Positions 39,350-52,975 are shown, counted from the stretch's first letter. The stretch: 64,000 nt of DNA from Squalus acanthias (GCA_030390025.1 CM059432.1:84570001-84634000), one strand, 5' to 3'. Made by a program: numbers and translations. The notes: a model not told the origin generated them from the letters alone.

Positions 39350-42300
39350 GGTACCAATCTTCTGGAAAATTGAAATGAACTTCAAGTGAAAAGGGCTTCC
39401 TCCACAAATTCGTTAAATACCAAAAACATACGCAAAAAAGTTCCTTTGTCGAAAAAAGAAACCCCACCTCCAGTGGCTTTGACGGCTTCTACTATCACTT
39501 TTAAACAGGAAGTATCTGCTCCATGTGGATTTAACCATTCGAAGATGGGATTAACAATCACTAGCATTGACAATCATATCCCACAAATAAGGGCACGGAA
39601 GAGGAGTTCTCTTCTATTTAAATTTTTTGATGCTATTGAAGACATGTTAAAATATTTTGTACCTTAAAATCACTTCTGGAGTCTGAACTTTTAATCAACA
39701 CTGTATGGCTTTATCCGTCCCTCAATGGTATGTCCCATCTGAGCTGTGATTTGAGTTGGAAGCCTTCAATCAATCGGTGTTAAAACAAACACTAATTAAA
39801 CGGCTCATTCATTTAACGAAGAGGTGAGTGCTACCGCAGTAGTTTTAAAAAAGCAATCAGACCCCCCCCCTTCAAGCGTTTCCTAATAACCTGTAAAGTA
39901 TATGAATAAATAAGCTACCTCAACAAGTAAATGAAATGTCAGAAACAATTTAATTTTAATTAATGAAATATTTATTTTGTGTTAACTATCTTCAATTATC
40001 AGCTGTAAAATTATGACATGATCGTACCTCTTTAACCCTAAACGATTGAAACTCCATTTAAAGTGTCTGTTATTTATCTATATATAATTTCCTATACTTT
40101 GCCAGAAAAAGAGTGTCTTTCAGTAAATTATCGGAACTTTAATTACAGTCAAGAGATAACGAATTTGGGACAAGATCAAACAAAACTCAAAAATGTTTTA
40201 ACCCTAAATTATCTGTATTTCTTTAATGCAATTCTTCGCTTGGTGCTTGCCTGTATAAACACGCATCATGTTTGAATTGTAGTGATTTCTATCATCTCAC
40301 ATATTGAATTTATGTCTTGTTGTTTCATACCTTACATATTTTGCTTATATTCCTTTATTGCCAACTTATGTCTATCTACAATGCTAAAGGCAAGATTGAG
40401 AAATTACCAAACTCATTTGGTCCCTCTCAGTAAAACAGGATAAATTAAGACCCATTATAAATGATTGAAACTCCATTTAAAATGCCTGCTACGTACCTAT
40501 TACTTGTGAAGCATGTGCACCATTACTATATAGAAATAGAAATGCATCGAATTGAATGTGAACAAGATGAACATTGTAAGCTTTATATCGTCTTGTTTTG
40601 AGCTTTGCTAATATTTTATTAAAATATATGACATTTATTTCTGAAGATTTGAAAATGTTGGCGGACCCCTGATTGTTTGTGCAGGTGTGTTTTGAAGCGA
40701 CCTCTTGCTGAAGATTTATGGTAGAATTGATTGATTTTGTAAACAGTTGTAGAGATCCTATCGACCCCAGAACGAATTCAGGTCTTACTTTCGTATCTTG
40801 GGCTTTCTTCAACAATCGGGCCGCTGGGACATTACAGGAAAGAAGTCGACGCTGGTCACATCTCTGTCGGGGAACGGAACCAAAGAGTGTCATCACAGCG
40901 ATCTGTCAGAGGAGGCCGCGGACGTAACTTCAATAAATCATCGTGGGGCAATGGGAAGTGCTGTTCTCCCAAAGTAAAGGAGATCCTAAAGGCATCCAGT
41001 TCGTTTCTACGGTTTTAACCAGTACACCTTTACGAACCAATACTCGAAAACGAGATATTTCCGAATAATTTATAACTTTTATGACAACAGAGACACTGGA
41101 TTGTGTTTTATGTGGGTCGAGTACATTCAGAAGTTGGATTATTATCTCTCTTTTTAATAATCAATAAACACCTACACTGCAATTGTTTTAAACATTTCTG
41201 AAAAAATAATGAATCCGAAAAAAAATCACACACGCAGTTATCATTCATCCAGTGTGGGTTATATAAACAAGGTTTCTACTAAAGAACCTCGTGCAGTAAC
41301 TTATTTCAGACAACTTATTATTGCGAGAAGTTTGATGAGGATGGATCTAGTTGAACATCTTAGGCACAGTCTGTGTGTACTTGCGTGAATAAAATAAACC
41401 ACTAAAGTCCAGTACTATGTATGTGGACACAAAGGTTAACCAAATCAAATTAATTATAAGTTATTTCACTAGGTACTTAATGCAAAAAGAGATTTTCTCA
41501 AGTGCACGACTAAATCTGATAGTGAAAAGTGTTCTTTTGTATTATCATTTTGCCGGGAAGGGGCGGAGATTAAAACATCCGAAATTACGAACACCCCAAA
41601 GCAAGAATAAGAGTGGAAACTCTCAGCTAACTAAGGAAATCGAACCTATTTGAATGGCTTAATATGAAAAAATGCTCGATTCTGCTTCTGCCCCACGTTT
41701 TTCAGATCCAGTTACATCTACCGAGACAAAGCCTTAAGAAAGCAGAAAATCGATCGGCTCAGGGTCTCCAGTGGGGTCAGACTTGCTTTTCTAGGGACAG
41801 GGGTATTGATAAATACTCCCTAGGCTAACTTGTAAACAAACTGCAGGTCTTCATTAATTATACCCAAGCACCCGAACCTGCTACACGTGGACCGAAAACG
41901 GATTATTTTCTTGCCGGCAATTCAAGTACGTTAATCTATTTCAGATTAAAAATTAAACAGTAAAGAGTGTTCAATAAATAACAATTGTTCCTTTTCTATT
42001 TAAAATTGTAGTGGCATTTCACATAACTATTGAAGATAGTGATTACTGCTATTGACAATAAAATTAGAGAATATAGATAGTCTCTGGGTTCTCTAAATCA
42101 CTGTAGAACATGGAACATAACCGGATGAAACCACGTTGGTTTGCAAATACGACAGAAAGAGAAAACAAGCAAGGGGAAGAGAAAAGCGCATCTAGTCAGA
42201 ATGCATAAATTAGGCAGAAGAAAGTTAATTTGATTAACATTAAATATGTTTGGTTCGCATTGAAAAATTCACCATCTATTCTTCTGCTATCAATTATCCA

Positions 42301-43032
42301 ACGGAACATTGGTGTCATCAATGACGTGTTTATTGGTGTGAGGATGAATGTTCCAGACAGAAACCGAGTAACAGTCAGAACATTCAACATCCAGTGCTAT
42401 TAGAATCAGGTCCAAACTTGGTTAGGCCATCAGATAAAATGTATTTTCAGTGGCCTGTGACATTCTTGGGGCTTTCAGTCACTGGGACAGCCATCTAACT
42501 ATCCAGTCGTGGGCCAATTGTTTGGCTGATTTGTGCCTGTAGATTTAGTTGCAATGAGGCAAAACATTCCTTGAGTGTTTTTGATGACATTTACCGTCAC
42601 AAGTCACTTATATCGAAAGCGTTTTATTTAAGGCGATGTTTTCTCTACTCGGTGTCATTTCTGTCTTTCATGCAAATACTTTCCCTGATGCTTGGTATCG
42701 TTATCCGACCACTTCAGATCTGCTTGAAAATAAACTGAGAGCGACCAAATGACTTTCACTGAAGCTTGGTTGATAAGCGGCCTCTGTTATAAACGAGTCC
42801 AGCATGTAATGCACTGGAACGGAACGGGTACACACACTGCATAACACTATTAAGAGGTGTCCTCCATTACTCACAGTGCTGTCTACCCAGTCAGGCATCC
42901 CAAGAAAAAAGAACCTGCTGAATTTTGATTCATTCGCAACCTTAAGAATGCACCAGCACCCTTCCAAAAGCCCATGTGCACAGCATCCATCTGCAGAGAA
43001 GAGCAGTGGGTAACGGGCAGTAAGAGCAGAAA

Positions 43033-44010
43033 TTCGTGCCTTTTTCCTTTTTTCTCTCTCTCTCCCCCTACGGCAGCTGTCTCTCATTTCCACCAAACGT
43101 ATCTTCCCCTCACCTCCCCTTTCAGCATTCCGTAGGGACCGCTCCCTCCGAGACACCCTAGTCCACTCCTCTATCACCCCCAGCACCCCTTCCCCTTCGC
43201 CCGGCACCTTCCCGTGCAAGCGCAGGAGATGCAACACCTGCCCTTATACATCCCCCCTTCCCACTCTCCAGGGCCCCAAACACCCCTTCCAGGTGAAACA
43301 GCGATTTACTTGTACTTCTTGCAATCTAATATACTGTATTCGCTGCTCACGATGTGGTCTCCTCTACATTGGGGAGACCAAACGCAGATCGGGTGACCGC
43401 TTTGTGGAACACCTCCGTTCAGTCCGTAAGGGTGACCCCGAGCTTCCGGTCGCTTGTCATTTTAATTCACCTCTCCACGCCCACTCAGACCTCACCGTCC
43501 TCGGCCTCGTGCATTGTTCCACGGAAGCTCAGCGTAAGCTCGAGGAACAGCACCTCATCTTTTGTTTAGGCACTTTACAGCCTTCCGGACTCAATATCGA
43601 GTTCAACAATTTCAGATCATAACCTCGGCCCCTACCACATATATATACATTTTATCCACCCTTTTGGTTCGTGCCTTTTTCCTTTTTTTTCTCTCTCTCC
43701 CCCTACGGCAGCTGTCTCTCATTCTGCCAGCATTTCACACTTCACCTTTTGTTTCTTAACCTGTCCCATTACCATCTCGTCTTGCCTTGAGCATCTCTTA
43801 ATGTCTCTACTTACCATAGTTATTCCTCCCCCCAGCCTCCTCCTTGCATTTTTATCTGTTTAATTTCCTGCTCTTTTCTCAGTTCTGAGGAAGGGTTTCG
43901 ACCTGAAACGTTAACTCTGTTTCTCTCTCCACGGATGTTGCCTGGCCTGCTGAGTTTTTCCAGCGTTTTCTGTTGTTGTTTCAATTTTCCAGCATCCACA
44001 GTATTTTGCT
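43033..44010 (+). mobile_element. 5'-truncated Penelope-like retroelement (GIY-YIG endonuclease end + terminal repeat)
   Basis: NLIYCIRCSRCGLLYIGETKRR...RFVEHLRSV...VACHFNS...GLN (43293-43622). 56-bp direct repeat at 43033-43088 and 43668-43723. Confidence 0.92.
43881..43916 (+). ncRNA. Minimal type I hammerhead ribozyme motif in the Penelope terminal repeat
   Basis: AGTT-CTGAGGA-AGGGT TTCG ACCT-GAAA-CGTT-AACT: CUGANGA and GAAA boxes, stem I AGTT/AACT, stem II with a UUCG loop, palindromic AACGTT at stem III. Confidence 0.65.
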
Positions 44011-44223
44011 ATCGTATAAGTTTGAAGGCCTTTGACTTGACTAGTTTCATTACTTAATATATCACAATCCAAAGTTTATTTTAACGACCCCTCTGTCTAA
44101 TTGTTTCCCTTTAATGGTCACTTTTTGAATTTATGTTGTACAGCTACATTTTGGTAGAAAGTGGACGTTAACCGAAGTTTTGATTTTTAGGATGTTAACA
44201 TGCTTTAGAATAGAAATACATTT

Positions 44224-44577
44224 AAGAACATAAGAACATAAGAAGTAAGAGCATGTGTACGCCATACAGCACCTCGAGCCTCAACTTCACTTTCCCACCC
44301 AATCCCCGTATCCCTTGATTCCCCTAGAATCCAAAAATCTATCTATGTCAGCCTTGAATATACTCAATGACTCAGCATTCACAGCCCTCGGGTAGAGAAT
44401 TCCAAAGATTCACAACCCTCTGAGTGAAGAAATTCCTCCTCATCTCAGTCTCAAATGGCCGACGACTTATCCTGAGACTATGCCCCCTAGTTCTAGACTG
44501 TCCAGCCAGGAGAAACAATCTCTCAGCATCTACCCTGTCAATCCCCCTCAGAATCTAAAACGTTTCAATGAGATCAC
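44224..44577 (-). mobile_element. CR1 3' fragment
   Basis: (ATGTTCTT)n tail and MRRNFFTQRVVNLWNSL coding remnant. Cut at 44577 by the Harbinger left end. Confidence 0.85.
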
Positions 44578-44821
44578 GGCCGGAATTTTTACTTGCCGAC
44601 GCGTTGGCAGCGGGGGAACCCAGGATAGCATGGGGAACCCGGAAGTTTCAGCAGCGCGTTTGTCAGTGGCTTTTTAATGAAACCACTGCATTTGCATTTC
44701 ACTTCCAGATTTCCCCGACTAATTAACACGAGCGGGCATGATGACGCCACACATAGGTCCAATTCAGCTCAGGTATTTAAAGGAGCACTGCAAAGATGAC
44801 AGTTGAAGGTTAGTGGAGAGT

Positions 44822-45534
44822 GGAGAGACATTGTTGGGGAGATTTTGCTTTGCTGGGAGAGACATTGCTTTGCTGGGAGAGACATTGTTGGGGAGATATT
44901 GCTTTGCTGGGAGAGACATTGCTTTGCTGGGAGAGACTTTGCTTTGCTGGGAGAGACTTTGCTTTGCTGGGAGAGACTTTGCTTTGCTGGGAGAGACTTT
45001 GCTTGCTGGGAGAGACTTTGGCTTGCTGGGAGAGACTTTGCCTTGCTGGGAGAGACTTTGGCTTGCTGGGAGAGACATTGCTTTGCTGGGAGAGACTTTG
45101 GCTTTGCTGGGAGAGACTTTGCTTTTCTGGGAGAGACTTTGCTTTGCTGGGAGAGACATTGCTTTGCTGGGAGAGACTTTGCTTTGCTGGGAGAGACATT
45201 GCTTTGCTGGGAGAGACTTTGCTTTGCTGGGAGAGACTTTGCATTGCTGGGAGAGACATTGCTTTGCTGGGAGAGACATTGCTTTGCTGGGAGAGACTTT
45301 GCTTTGCTGGGAGAGACATTGCTTTGCTGGGAGAGACTTTGCTTTGCTGGGAGAGACATTGCTTTGCTGGGAGAGACTTTGCCTTGCTGGGAGAGACTTT
45401 GGCTTGCTGGGAGAGACTTTGCCTTGCTGGGAGAGACTTTGCTTTGCTGGGAGAGACATTGCTTTGCTGGGAGAGACTTTGGCTTGCTGGGAGAGACTTT
45501 GCCTTGCTGGGAGAGACTTTGCCTTGCTGGGAGA
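44822..45534. repeat. 20-bp minisatellite, ~35 copies
   Basis: Unit GCTTTGCTGGGAGAGACTTT (variants ACATT, GCCTT, GGCTT). Confidence 0.97.
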
Positions 45535-45741
45535 CCAAAAAATGCAGTACAAAAGCTGCCCTTCATTTCAGTGATACCTCCCTGGACCTCCTGTTGCAAG
45601 GATTTAGGTCCGCAATGAGGTGTTATTCCCGGCTGATGGGAGGAAGAAGCCAGCCTCAGAGACCAAGAAGGCATGGCTGGAGATTGCGGCTCAGGTGAGC
45701 AGCAGGAGTGTGGTGGCGAGGTCCTGGATTCAATGCAGGAA

Positions 45742-46186
45742 GAAAGAAAGAGAAAAACTTGCATTTATATAGTGCCTTTCACGACCACCGGATGTCCCCA
45801 AGTACTTTACAGCCAATTAAATACTTTTGAAGTGTAGTCACGGTTGTAACGTAGGAAACGCGGCAGCCAATTTGCGCACTGCAAGCTCCCACAAACAGCA
45901 ATGTGATAATGACCAGATAATCTGTTTTTGTGATGCTGATTGAAGGATAAACAGTGGCTCTTCGAAATAGTGCCATAGGATCTTTTACGTCCACCTGAGG
46001 GAGCAGGCGGGGCCTCGGTTTAAGGTCTCATCTGAAAGATGGCTCCTTCGACAGTGCAGTACTCCCTCAGCACTGCACTGGAGTATCAGCTTAGATTTTT
46101 GTGCTCAAGCGTCTGGAGTGGGACTTCAATCCACAACCTTCTGACTCAGAGGTGAGAGTACTACCTACTGAGTCACAGCTGACACA
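45742..46186 (-). mobile_element. DeuSINE (SacSINE1-like): tRNA head, Deu domain, L2-like tail
   Basis: Minus strand reads GTGTCAGCTGTGACTCAGTAGGTAGTACTCTCACCTCTGAGTCAGAAGG...GATGAGACCTTAAACCGAGGCCCC...GTGAAAGGCACTATATAAATGCAAG + (TTTC)n. Confidence 0.85.
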
Positions 46187-46392
46187 CGATTTGATGACCT
46201 CATGAGGTCAGGAAAGGTGAGTACAATGCCACATTGCCCTACATCCTGATGTGCATGTCACCCCCAACCCCCTCACTCTGCCTTCCCAAGCCTACAACTG
46301 CACATCACTCCTCACACCAACGTACCTTACAGGTGCACCCATCCTTCTCTGTCTACGCACTTTCTCACATTCTTATCTGACCATCCACCACT

Positions 46393-47490
46393 GAATCATA
46401 GAATCATAGAAATTTATTGCACAGAAGGAGGCCATTCGGCCCATCTTGTCCATGCCGGCCGAAAAAGAGCTATCCACCCTAATTCCACTTTCCAGCACTT
46501 GGTCCGTAGCCTTGTAGGTTACGGCACTTCAAGTGCATATCCAAGTATTTTTTAAATATGATGAGGGTTTCTGCCTCTACCACCCTCTCAGACAGTGAGT
46601 TCCAGACCCCCACCACCCTCTGAGTGAAAACATCTCTCCTCAGATCCCCTCTAAACCTCCTACCAATTACTTTAAATCTATTCCCCCTGGTTATTGACCC
46701 TTCTGCTAATGGAAATAGGTCCTTCCTATCCACTCTATCTAGACCCCTCATAATTTTATACACCTCAATTAGGTCTCCCCTCTGCCTCCTCTGTTCCAAA
46801 GAAAACAATCCCAGCCTATCCAATCTTTCCTCATAGCTAAAATTCCCCAGCCCAGGCAACATCCTCGTAAATCTCCTCTGCACCCTCTCCAGTGCAATCG
46901 CATCCTTCCTGTAATGTGGTGACCAGAACTACACGCAGTATTCTAGCTGCGGCCTAGCTAGTGTTTTATACAGTTCAAGCATAAACTCAGCTAATAAAGG
47001 CCTTCTTAACCACCTTATCTACCTGTCCTGCTACCTTCAGGGATCTGTGGACATGCACTCCAAGGTCCCTCTGATCCTCTGCATTTCTCAGTATCCTACC
47101 ATTTATTGTGTATTTCCTTATCTTGTTAGCCCTCCCCAAATGCATTACCTCACACTTCTCCAGATTGAATTCCATTTGCCACTGCTCTGCCAACCAGGCC
47201 AGTCCATTGATATCTTCCTGCAGTCTACAGCTTTCTTCATTATCAACCACAAGGCCAATTTTTGTATAATCTGCAAACTTCTTAATCATACTTCCTACAT
47301 TCAAGTCCAAATCATTGATATATACCACAAAAAGCAAAGGACCCAGTACTGAGTTCTGCGGAGCCCCACTGGAAACAGCCTTCCAGTCACAAAAACACCC
47401 TTCGACCATTACCGTTTGTTTCCTGCCTCTGAGCCAATTTTGAATCCAATTTGTCGCTTTGCCTTCGATCCCATGGGCTTTTACTTTCAC
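46393..47490 (-). mobile_element. 5'-truncated CR1 LINE in intron 1 of Harbinger C Myb
   Basis: (CTATGATT)n tail and RT C-terminal fragments. Confidence 0.93.
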
Positions 47491-47865
47491 TGACACTCAC
47501 CCTCATCTTAGTGCAATGTAATGTTTCTCTCTCATTGTCACCTTCTACAGATGTTGCCCATCCATCCGTTCCACTCATTCCATGACTCTCACTCAAAGGT
47601 CTCTTGTTTCACTCCTTGCAGGAGAAGAGAGCACAGAACACCCGGGAGAGGCAGAGAACCGGTGGTGGCCCTCCAGTCATCGCCACGCTGACTGCTGCAG
47701 AGGAGGAGGCATTGGAGATAACTGGAGTATCGGCACTGAGGGCAGTGGGAGATGAAGAGATGGGAAGCTCCCAGCTACCTGGTGACAAAATTAAACATCA
47801 CACAGCCACATGGCATACAACAGTCATTCATGTTGACTTGATGTCAGCAGCCAGTGAAATATGAT

Positions 47866-50800
47866 CATCGAGTCAGAACGGCACAGAAGGAGGCCATTCG
47901 GCCCATCGAGTCTGTGTCGGCTCTCTGTAGAGCAATCCAGTCAGTCCCATTCCCCCGCTCTATCCCCGTAGCCCTGCAAGCTTATTCCCCTCAAGTGCCT
48001 ATCCAGTCTCCCCTTGAAAATATTGAGTGTCTCCACTTCCACCACTTCCGTCGGCAGCGAATTCCAGTCATCACAACTCGTTGTGTAAAAAGTTTTTCCT
48101 CACGTCCCCCCTGTTTCTCTTGCCCAAAACCTTAAATCTGTGTCCCCTAGTCCTTGTACCATCAATTAGTGGGAACAGCCTTTCGCCGTCTAGCCTATCC
48201 AAACCCCTCATAATCTTGTACACCTCAATTAAATCACCCCTCAACCTCCTTTGCTCTAATGAAAACAAATTCAGCTTCTCCAACCTGTCCTTGTAGCTAA
48301 GATCCCCCATCCCTGGAACCATTCTGGTAAATCTCCTCTGCACCCTCTCAAGGGCCTTCACATCCGTCCTAAATTGTGGCGACCAGAACTAGACACAATA
48401 CTCCAGTTGTGGCCTAACCAACGCTTTATAAAGGTTCAGCATAACTTCTCTACTTTTGTACTCAATACCTCTATTTATGAAACCCAAGATCCCATATGCT
48501 TTGTTAACCACTCTCTCAATATGTCCTGCCACCTTTAGGGATCTGTGCACATTAACTCCCAGGTCCCTCTGTCCCTGCACACTCTTTAAAACTGTGCCAT
48601 TAAGTGTGTATTGCCTCTCCCAGTTCCTTCTGTCAAAATGCATCACCTCTCACTTCTCTGTATTAAATTCCATCTGCCACTCGTCTGCCCATTCTGCTAG
48701 CTTTTCTATGTCCTGTGACAGTCGATTGATATCATCATCACTGTTTGCCACACCCTCAAGTTTGGTGTCATCAGCAAATTTAGAAATTCTACTCTGTATT
48801 CCAATATCCAGGTCATTTATATATATCAAAAAAAGCAGTGGCCCCAGCACTGACCCTTGGGGAACACCACTGTCTACCATCCTCCAGTCTGAAAAACAGC
48901 CATTTACCACAACTCGCTGTTTTCTGTCCTTAAGCCAATTCCTTATCCGAGCTGCCACTGATCCACCTATTCCATGAGCCTCAATTTTGTTAACCAGCCT
49001 TCTGTGTGGTACTTTGTCAAACGCCTTCCGAAAATCCAGGTAGAAACATCCATTGCATTCCCTTCATCAATCCTCTCTGTTACTTCATCAAAAAATTCAA
49101 TTAGATTAACGATCTTCATTTTACAAATCCATGTTGGCTCTCCTTAATTAGCCTAAACCTCTCCAAATGCAGGTTTATTTTTACCCTGATTATTGTTTCT
49201 AAAACTTTACCCAACACTGATGTTAAACTGACCGGCCTGTAGTTACTACAATTGTCCTTACACACTTTCTTGAACAATGGTGTCACATTTGCCACTTTCC
49301 AATCCTCAGGCACCTCCCCTGCATCTAGGGAAGATTGGAAAATTATGGCAAGCCCTTCCGCTATCTCCTCCCCCAATTCCCTTGGCGACCTGGGATGCAA
49401 GCCATCTGGACCAGGCGACTTGTCCACTGTAAGCATACTCAGCCTTTCTAGTACATCCTGTCTATCAATTTTCCCCCCTTCCATTGCTTCTACCTTTTCC
49501 ACTTCTACCGATATTTTTTCAGCATCCACCTCCTTAGTAAACACCAATACAAAGTACTCATTCAGTATTCTAGCCTTGCCCTTCGCCTCTAAGCATATAT
49601 CACCTTCTTTGTCTCTAATAGGCTCCACCCCACCTCTTATTACCTGCTTACTGTTTACATGCCAGAAGAAGATTTTTGGGTTCCCTTTTATGTTAACCGC
49701 CATTCTACTCTCATATTCTCTCTTTGCCAATCTTATTTTCATCTTCACACCCCCTCTCAACTTATTGTATTTGGTCTGGTTCTCCCTTGAAGTATTCACC
49801 TGACATGCATCATACACCCTCTTTTTTTGTTTCATCATCATCTCTATCTCCCTCGTCATCCAAGGAGCCCTTGCTTTGGTTCCCTTACCTTTCCCTCTTG
49901 TTGGAATGTACCTAGCCTGTACTTGGAACATCTCCTCCTTTAAAGATCACCCATTGTTCCGTTACAGTTTTTCCTGTCAGTCTTTGTTTCCATTTTACCC
50001 TGGCTAGATCCTTTCACATCCCATTGAAGTTAGCCCTATTCCAGTTTAGAAGTTCCACTCTAGATTGTTCCTTGCTCCTCTCCATTGCTAATCTAAATCT
50101 TATGATACGATGATCACTCGTACTCAAGTGTTCTCCCACAGACAGTTGGTCGACCTGGCCCACCTCATTCCCCAGCACCAGATCCAATGCCCCCTTCCTA
50201 GTTGGGCCAAGAACATATTGGTCAAGGAAATTCTCCTGAACACATTTCAGAAATTCCTCCCCCTCCTTTCCCTTTACCCTAGCACTATCCCAATCGATAT
50301 TTGGATAATTAAAGTCCCCCAATATCACCACTCTATAGCTCTTGCATATCTCTGCGATTTCCCTGCAGATTTGCTCCTCTACCTCCCTCTCACTATTTGG
50401 AGGCCTATAGAATACCCCCAATAGCGTGATCATACCCTTTTTGCTCCTCAATTCTAACCAATTGGTTTCTGTCCTTATCCTTTCAAGAACATCCTCCCTT
50501 TCCAACACTACAATGGCTTCCTTAATCAGCACTGCCACCCCACCTCCCTTTTATCCTTCCCTATCTTTTCTGAACACCTTGTACCCTTGAATATTAAGTG
50601 CCCAATCCTCACCATTTTTAAGCCACATTTCTGTTATTGCCACATCATATTGCCACACAGCTAATTGTGCTGTAGCTCACCAACCTTATTCACCACACTT
50701 TGTGCATTTACGTACATGCATTCTAAACCCATTTTTGAATTTTTCATAGTATTTCTTAGTCTGCTCCTATCTAATATGGTACTACTACCGCCTCTAGTAT

Positions 50801-52240
50801 TATCTTCTCTAGTACTATCCAACACACTCACTCTTTTATGCACATTATTCCTCTTTTCTACTCCTATATGCTGGTGCCCATCCCCCTGCTAAGCTAGTTT
50901 AAACCCTCCCCAACAGAATTAACAAACCTCCCAGCGAGAATATTGGTCCCGGCTCTGTTGAGGTGTAACCCGTCCAGCTTGAACAGGTCCCACCTTCCCC
51001 AGAAACAGTCCTAATGCCTCAGGAATCTAAAGCCCTCCCTCCTGCACCATTTCTCCAGCCACGCATTCATCTGTTCTATCCTCCTATTCCTGTACTCACT
51101 ATCACGTGGCACCAGGAGTAATCTGGAGATTATTACCTTTGAGGTCCTGCTTTTTAATCTCTCTCCTAGCTCCCTAAACTCTGCCTGCAGGACCTCATCC
51201 CTCTTTCTGCCTATGTCATTGGTACCGATATGGACAACGACCTCTGGCTGTTCACCCTCCCCCCTCAGAGTGTCCTGCAGCCGCTCAGTGACATCCTTGA
51301 CCCTGGCACTAGGGAGGCAAGATACCATCCTGGAGTCACGTCTACAGCTGCAGAAACGCCTGTCTGCTCCCGTAACTATCGAATCCACTACCACTATTGC
51401 TCTTCCACTCTTTTTCCTCCCCCCCTGTGCAGCTGAGTCATCCGTGGTGCCGTGGACTTGACTCTGGCTGTACTCCCCAGAGGAACCATCGCCGTCACCA
51501 GTACTCAGAACAGAATACTGGTTGGTGAGTGCGATGCACTCCAGGGACTCCTGCACTACCTGCCTGGTCCTCCTCTTCTGTCTGGCGGTCACCCATTCCC
51601 TCTCTGCCTGCATACTCTTAAGCTGCGGGGTGACCACCTCTAGAAACGTGCTATCGACGTAACTCTCAGCCTCACGGAGGAACCGCAGCGACTCCAGCCG
51701 CCACTCACGCTCTGAAACCCGGAGCTCGAGTTGCTCTAGCTAGCGTCACTTCCTGCACATGTGGTCGTCCAGGCTACGTGAAGCGTCCAGGACTTCCCAC
51801 ATGGCACAGGATGTGCACTCCATGGAACTGAGCTGCCCTGCCATGCCTCTATTTAATAGACTAAGAACTAACCCAGCAGAAATAAACTTAAAACTTAAAA
51901 AAAAACACTCCCCAGCTACTCACCAATCAGATCTTTCCCTCTATTTAATAGGCTATTAACTAACTTATCAGAAATATACTTATAAACTTAAAAAAAATAC
52001 ACTCACCAGCTACTCACGAATCAGCTCCTTCCCTTGTGCCGATGTCACTTTTTTTACACTGACGTCACTTTTTCAAAAACTGCCTCTGTTGAGTTGCTGC
52101 CGCTCCTTTTACCTGCTCCACTCTCGCTGTGCTCCCTCCAGGTCCGCTCCTGCCGGTCTCAGGCTCCTGCCGCTCGGGACTGCTCCTTTTAACTACTCCG
52201 CTCTCGCTGTGCTCCCTCCAGGTGCGCTGCTCTCGGCTTC
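47866..52240 (-). mobile_element. Near full-length decayed CR1 LINE in intron 2 of Harbinger C Myb
   Basis: ORF1 (MAGQLSSMEC...VHIGTND), EN (LGDFNYP, SDH), RT ([17 protein letters not shown]). ~80-bp duplicated unit in the 5' UTR. Confidence 0.95.
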
Positions 52241-52427
52241 ATGTGCATAATGTTCACTTAAAACATTCTTACCATGACAGTTCTATTTCATGTCTTGACT
52301 CTCCCATAGGCCTATCTAGCGTCCAACAGCCAGTGAAGTCAGAGGAGGAGGAAGACTCCTCAGAGGAGGTCGTTAACTCTGAGGGTGCACCGTCACAGGG
52401 CACAGGACACAGGACACAGGACACGCC

Positions 52428-52975
52428 TTCCCACCATCTACAAGGCACAAGTAAGGAGTGTGATGGAATATCTCCACTTGCCTGGATGAGTGCAGCTGCA
52501 AGAACACTCAAGAAGCTTGACACCATCCAGGACAAAGCAGCCCGTTTGATTGGCACCCCCTCCACCACCTTAAACATTCACTCCCTCCACCACCGGCGTA
52601 CCGTGGCTGCAGTGTGTACCATCTACAAGATGCACTGCAGCAACTCGCCAAGGCTTCTTCGGCTGCACCTCCCAAACCCGCGACCTCTTCCACCTAGAAG
52701 GACAAGGGCAGCAGGCGCATGGGAAGAGCACCACCTCCAAGTTCTCCTCCAAGTCACACACTATCCTGGCTTAGAAGTATATCGCCGATCCTTCATCGTC
52801 GCTGGGTCAAAATCCTGGAACTCCCTACCTAACAGCACTGTGGGAGTACCTTCACCACACGGATTGCAGCGGTTCAAGAAGGCGCCTCACCACCACCTTC
52901 TCAATGGCAACTAGGGATGGGCAATAAATGCTGGCCTTGCCAGCGACGCCCAGATCCCATAAGCGAATAAAAAAA
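52428..52975 (+). mobile_element. 3' fragment of the second LINE family with A-rich tail
   Basis: SPLAWMSAA...LHHRRTVAAVCTIYKMHC...SWNSLPNS. Ends GAATAAAAAAA. Confidence 0.9.

Noticed and set aside
39350..39385. 12-aa N-terminal extension of the bHLH ORF
   Set aside because: Starts at TTG. The family-conserved MSTGS start at 39349 has a good Kozak context.
39490..39625. TATA/CArG boxes for the bHLH gene
   Set aside because: Only imperfect matches in AT-rich DNA, and the TSS cannot be placed from sequence alone.
44764..45764. Six long overlapping ORFs (242-331 aa)
   Set aside because: Artefact of a stop-free 20-bp minisatellite. Not a CRISPR array either, since there are no unique spacers.
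46110..46186. tRNA gene
   Set aside because: tRNA-derived head of a SINE, continuous with the Deu domain and degenerate.
52129..52914. 261-aa ORF
   Set aside because: Chance in-frame fusion of CR1 5' UTR, Harbinger intron/exon and a LINE 3' fragment. Non-ATG start.
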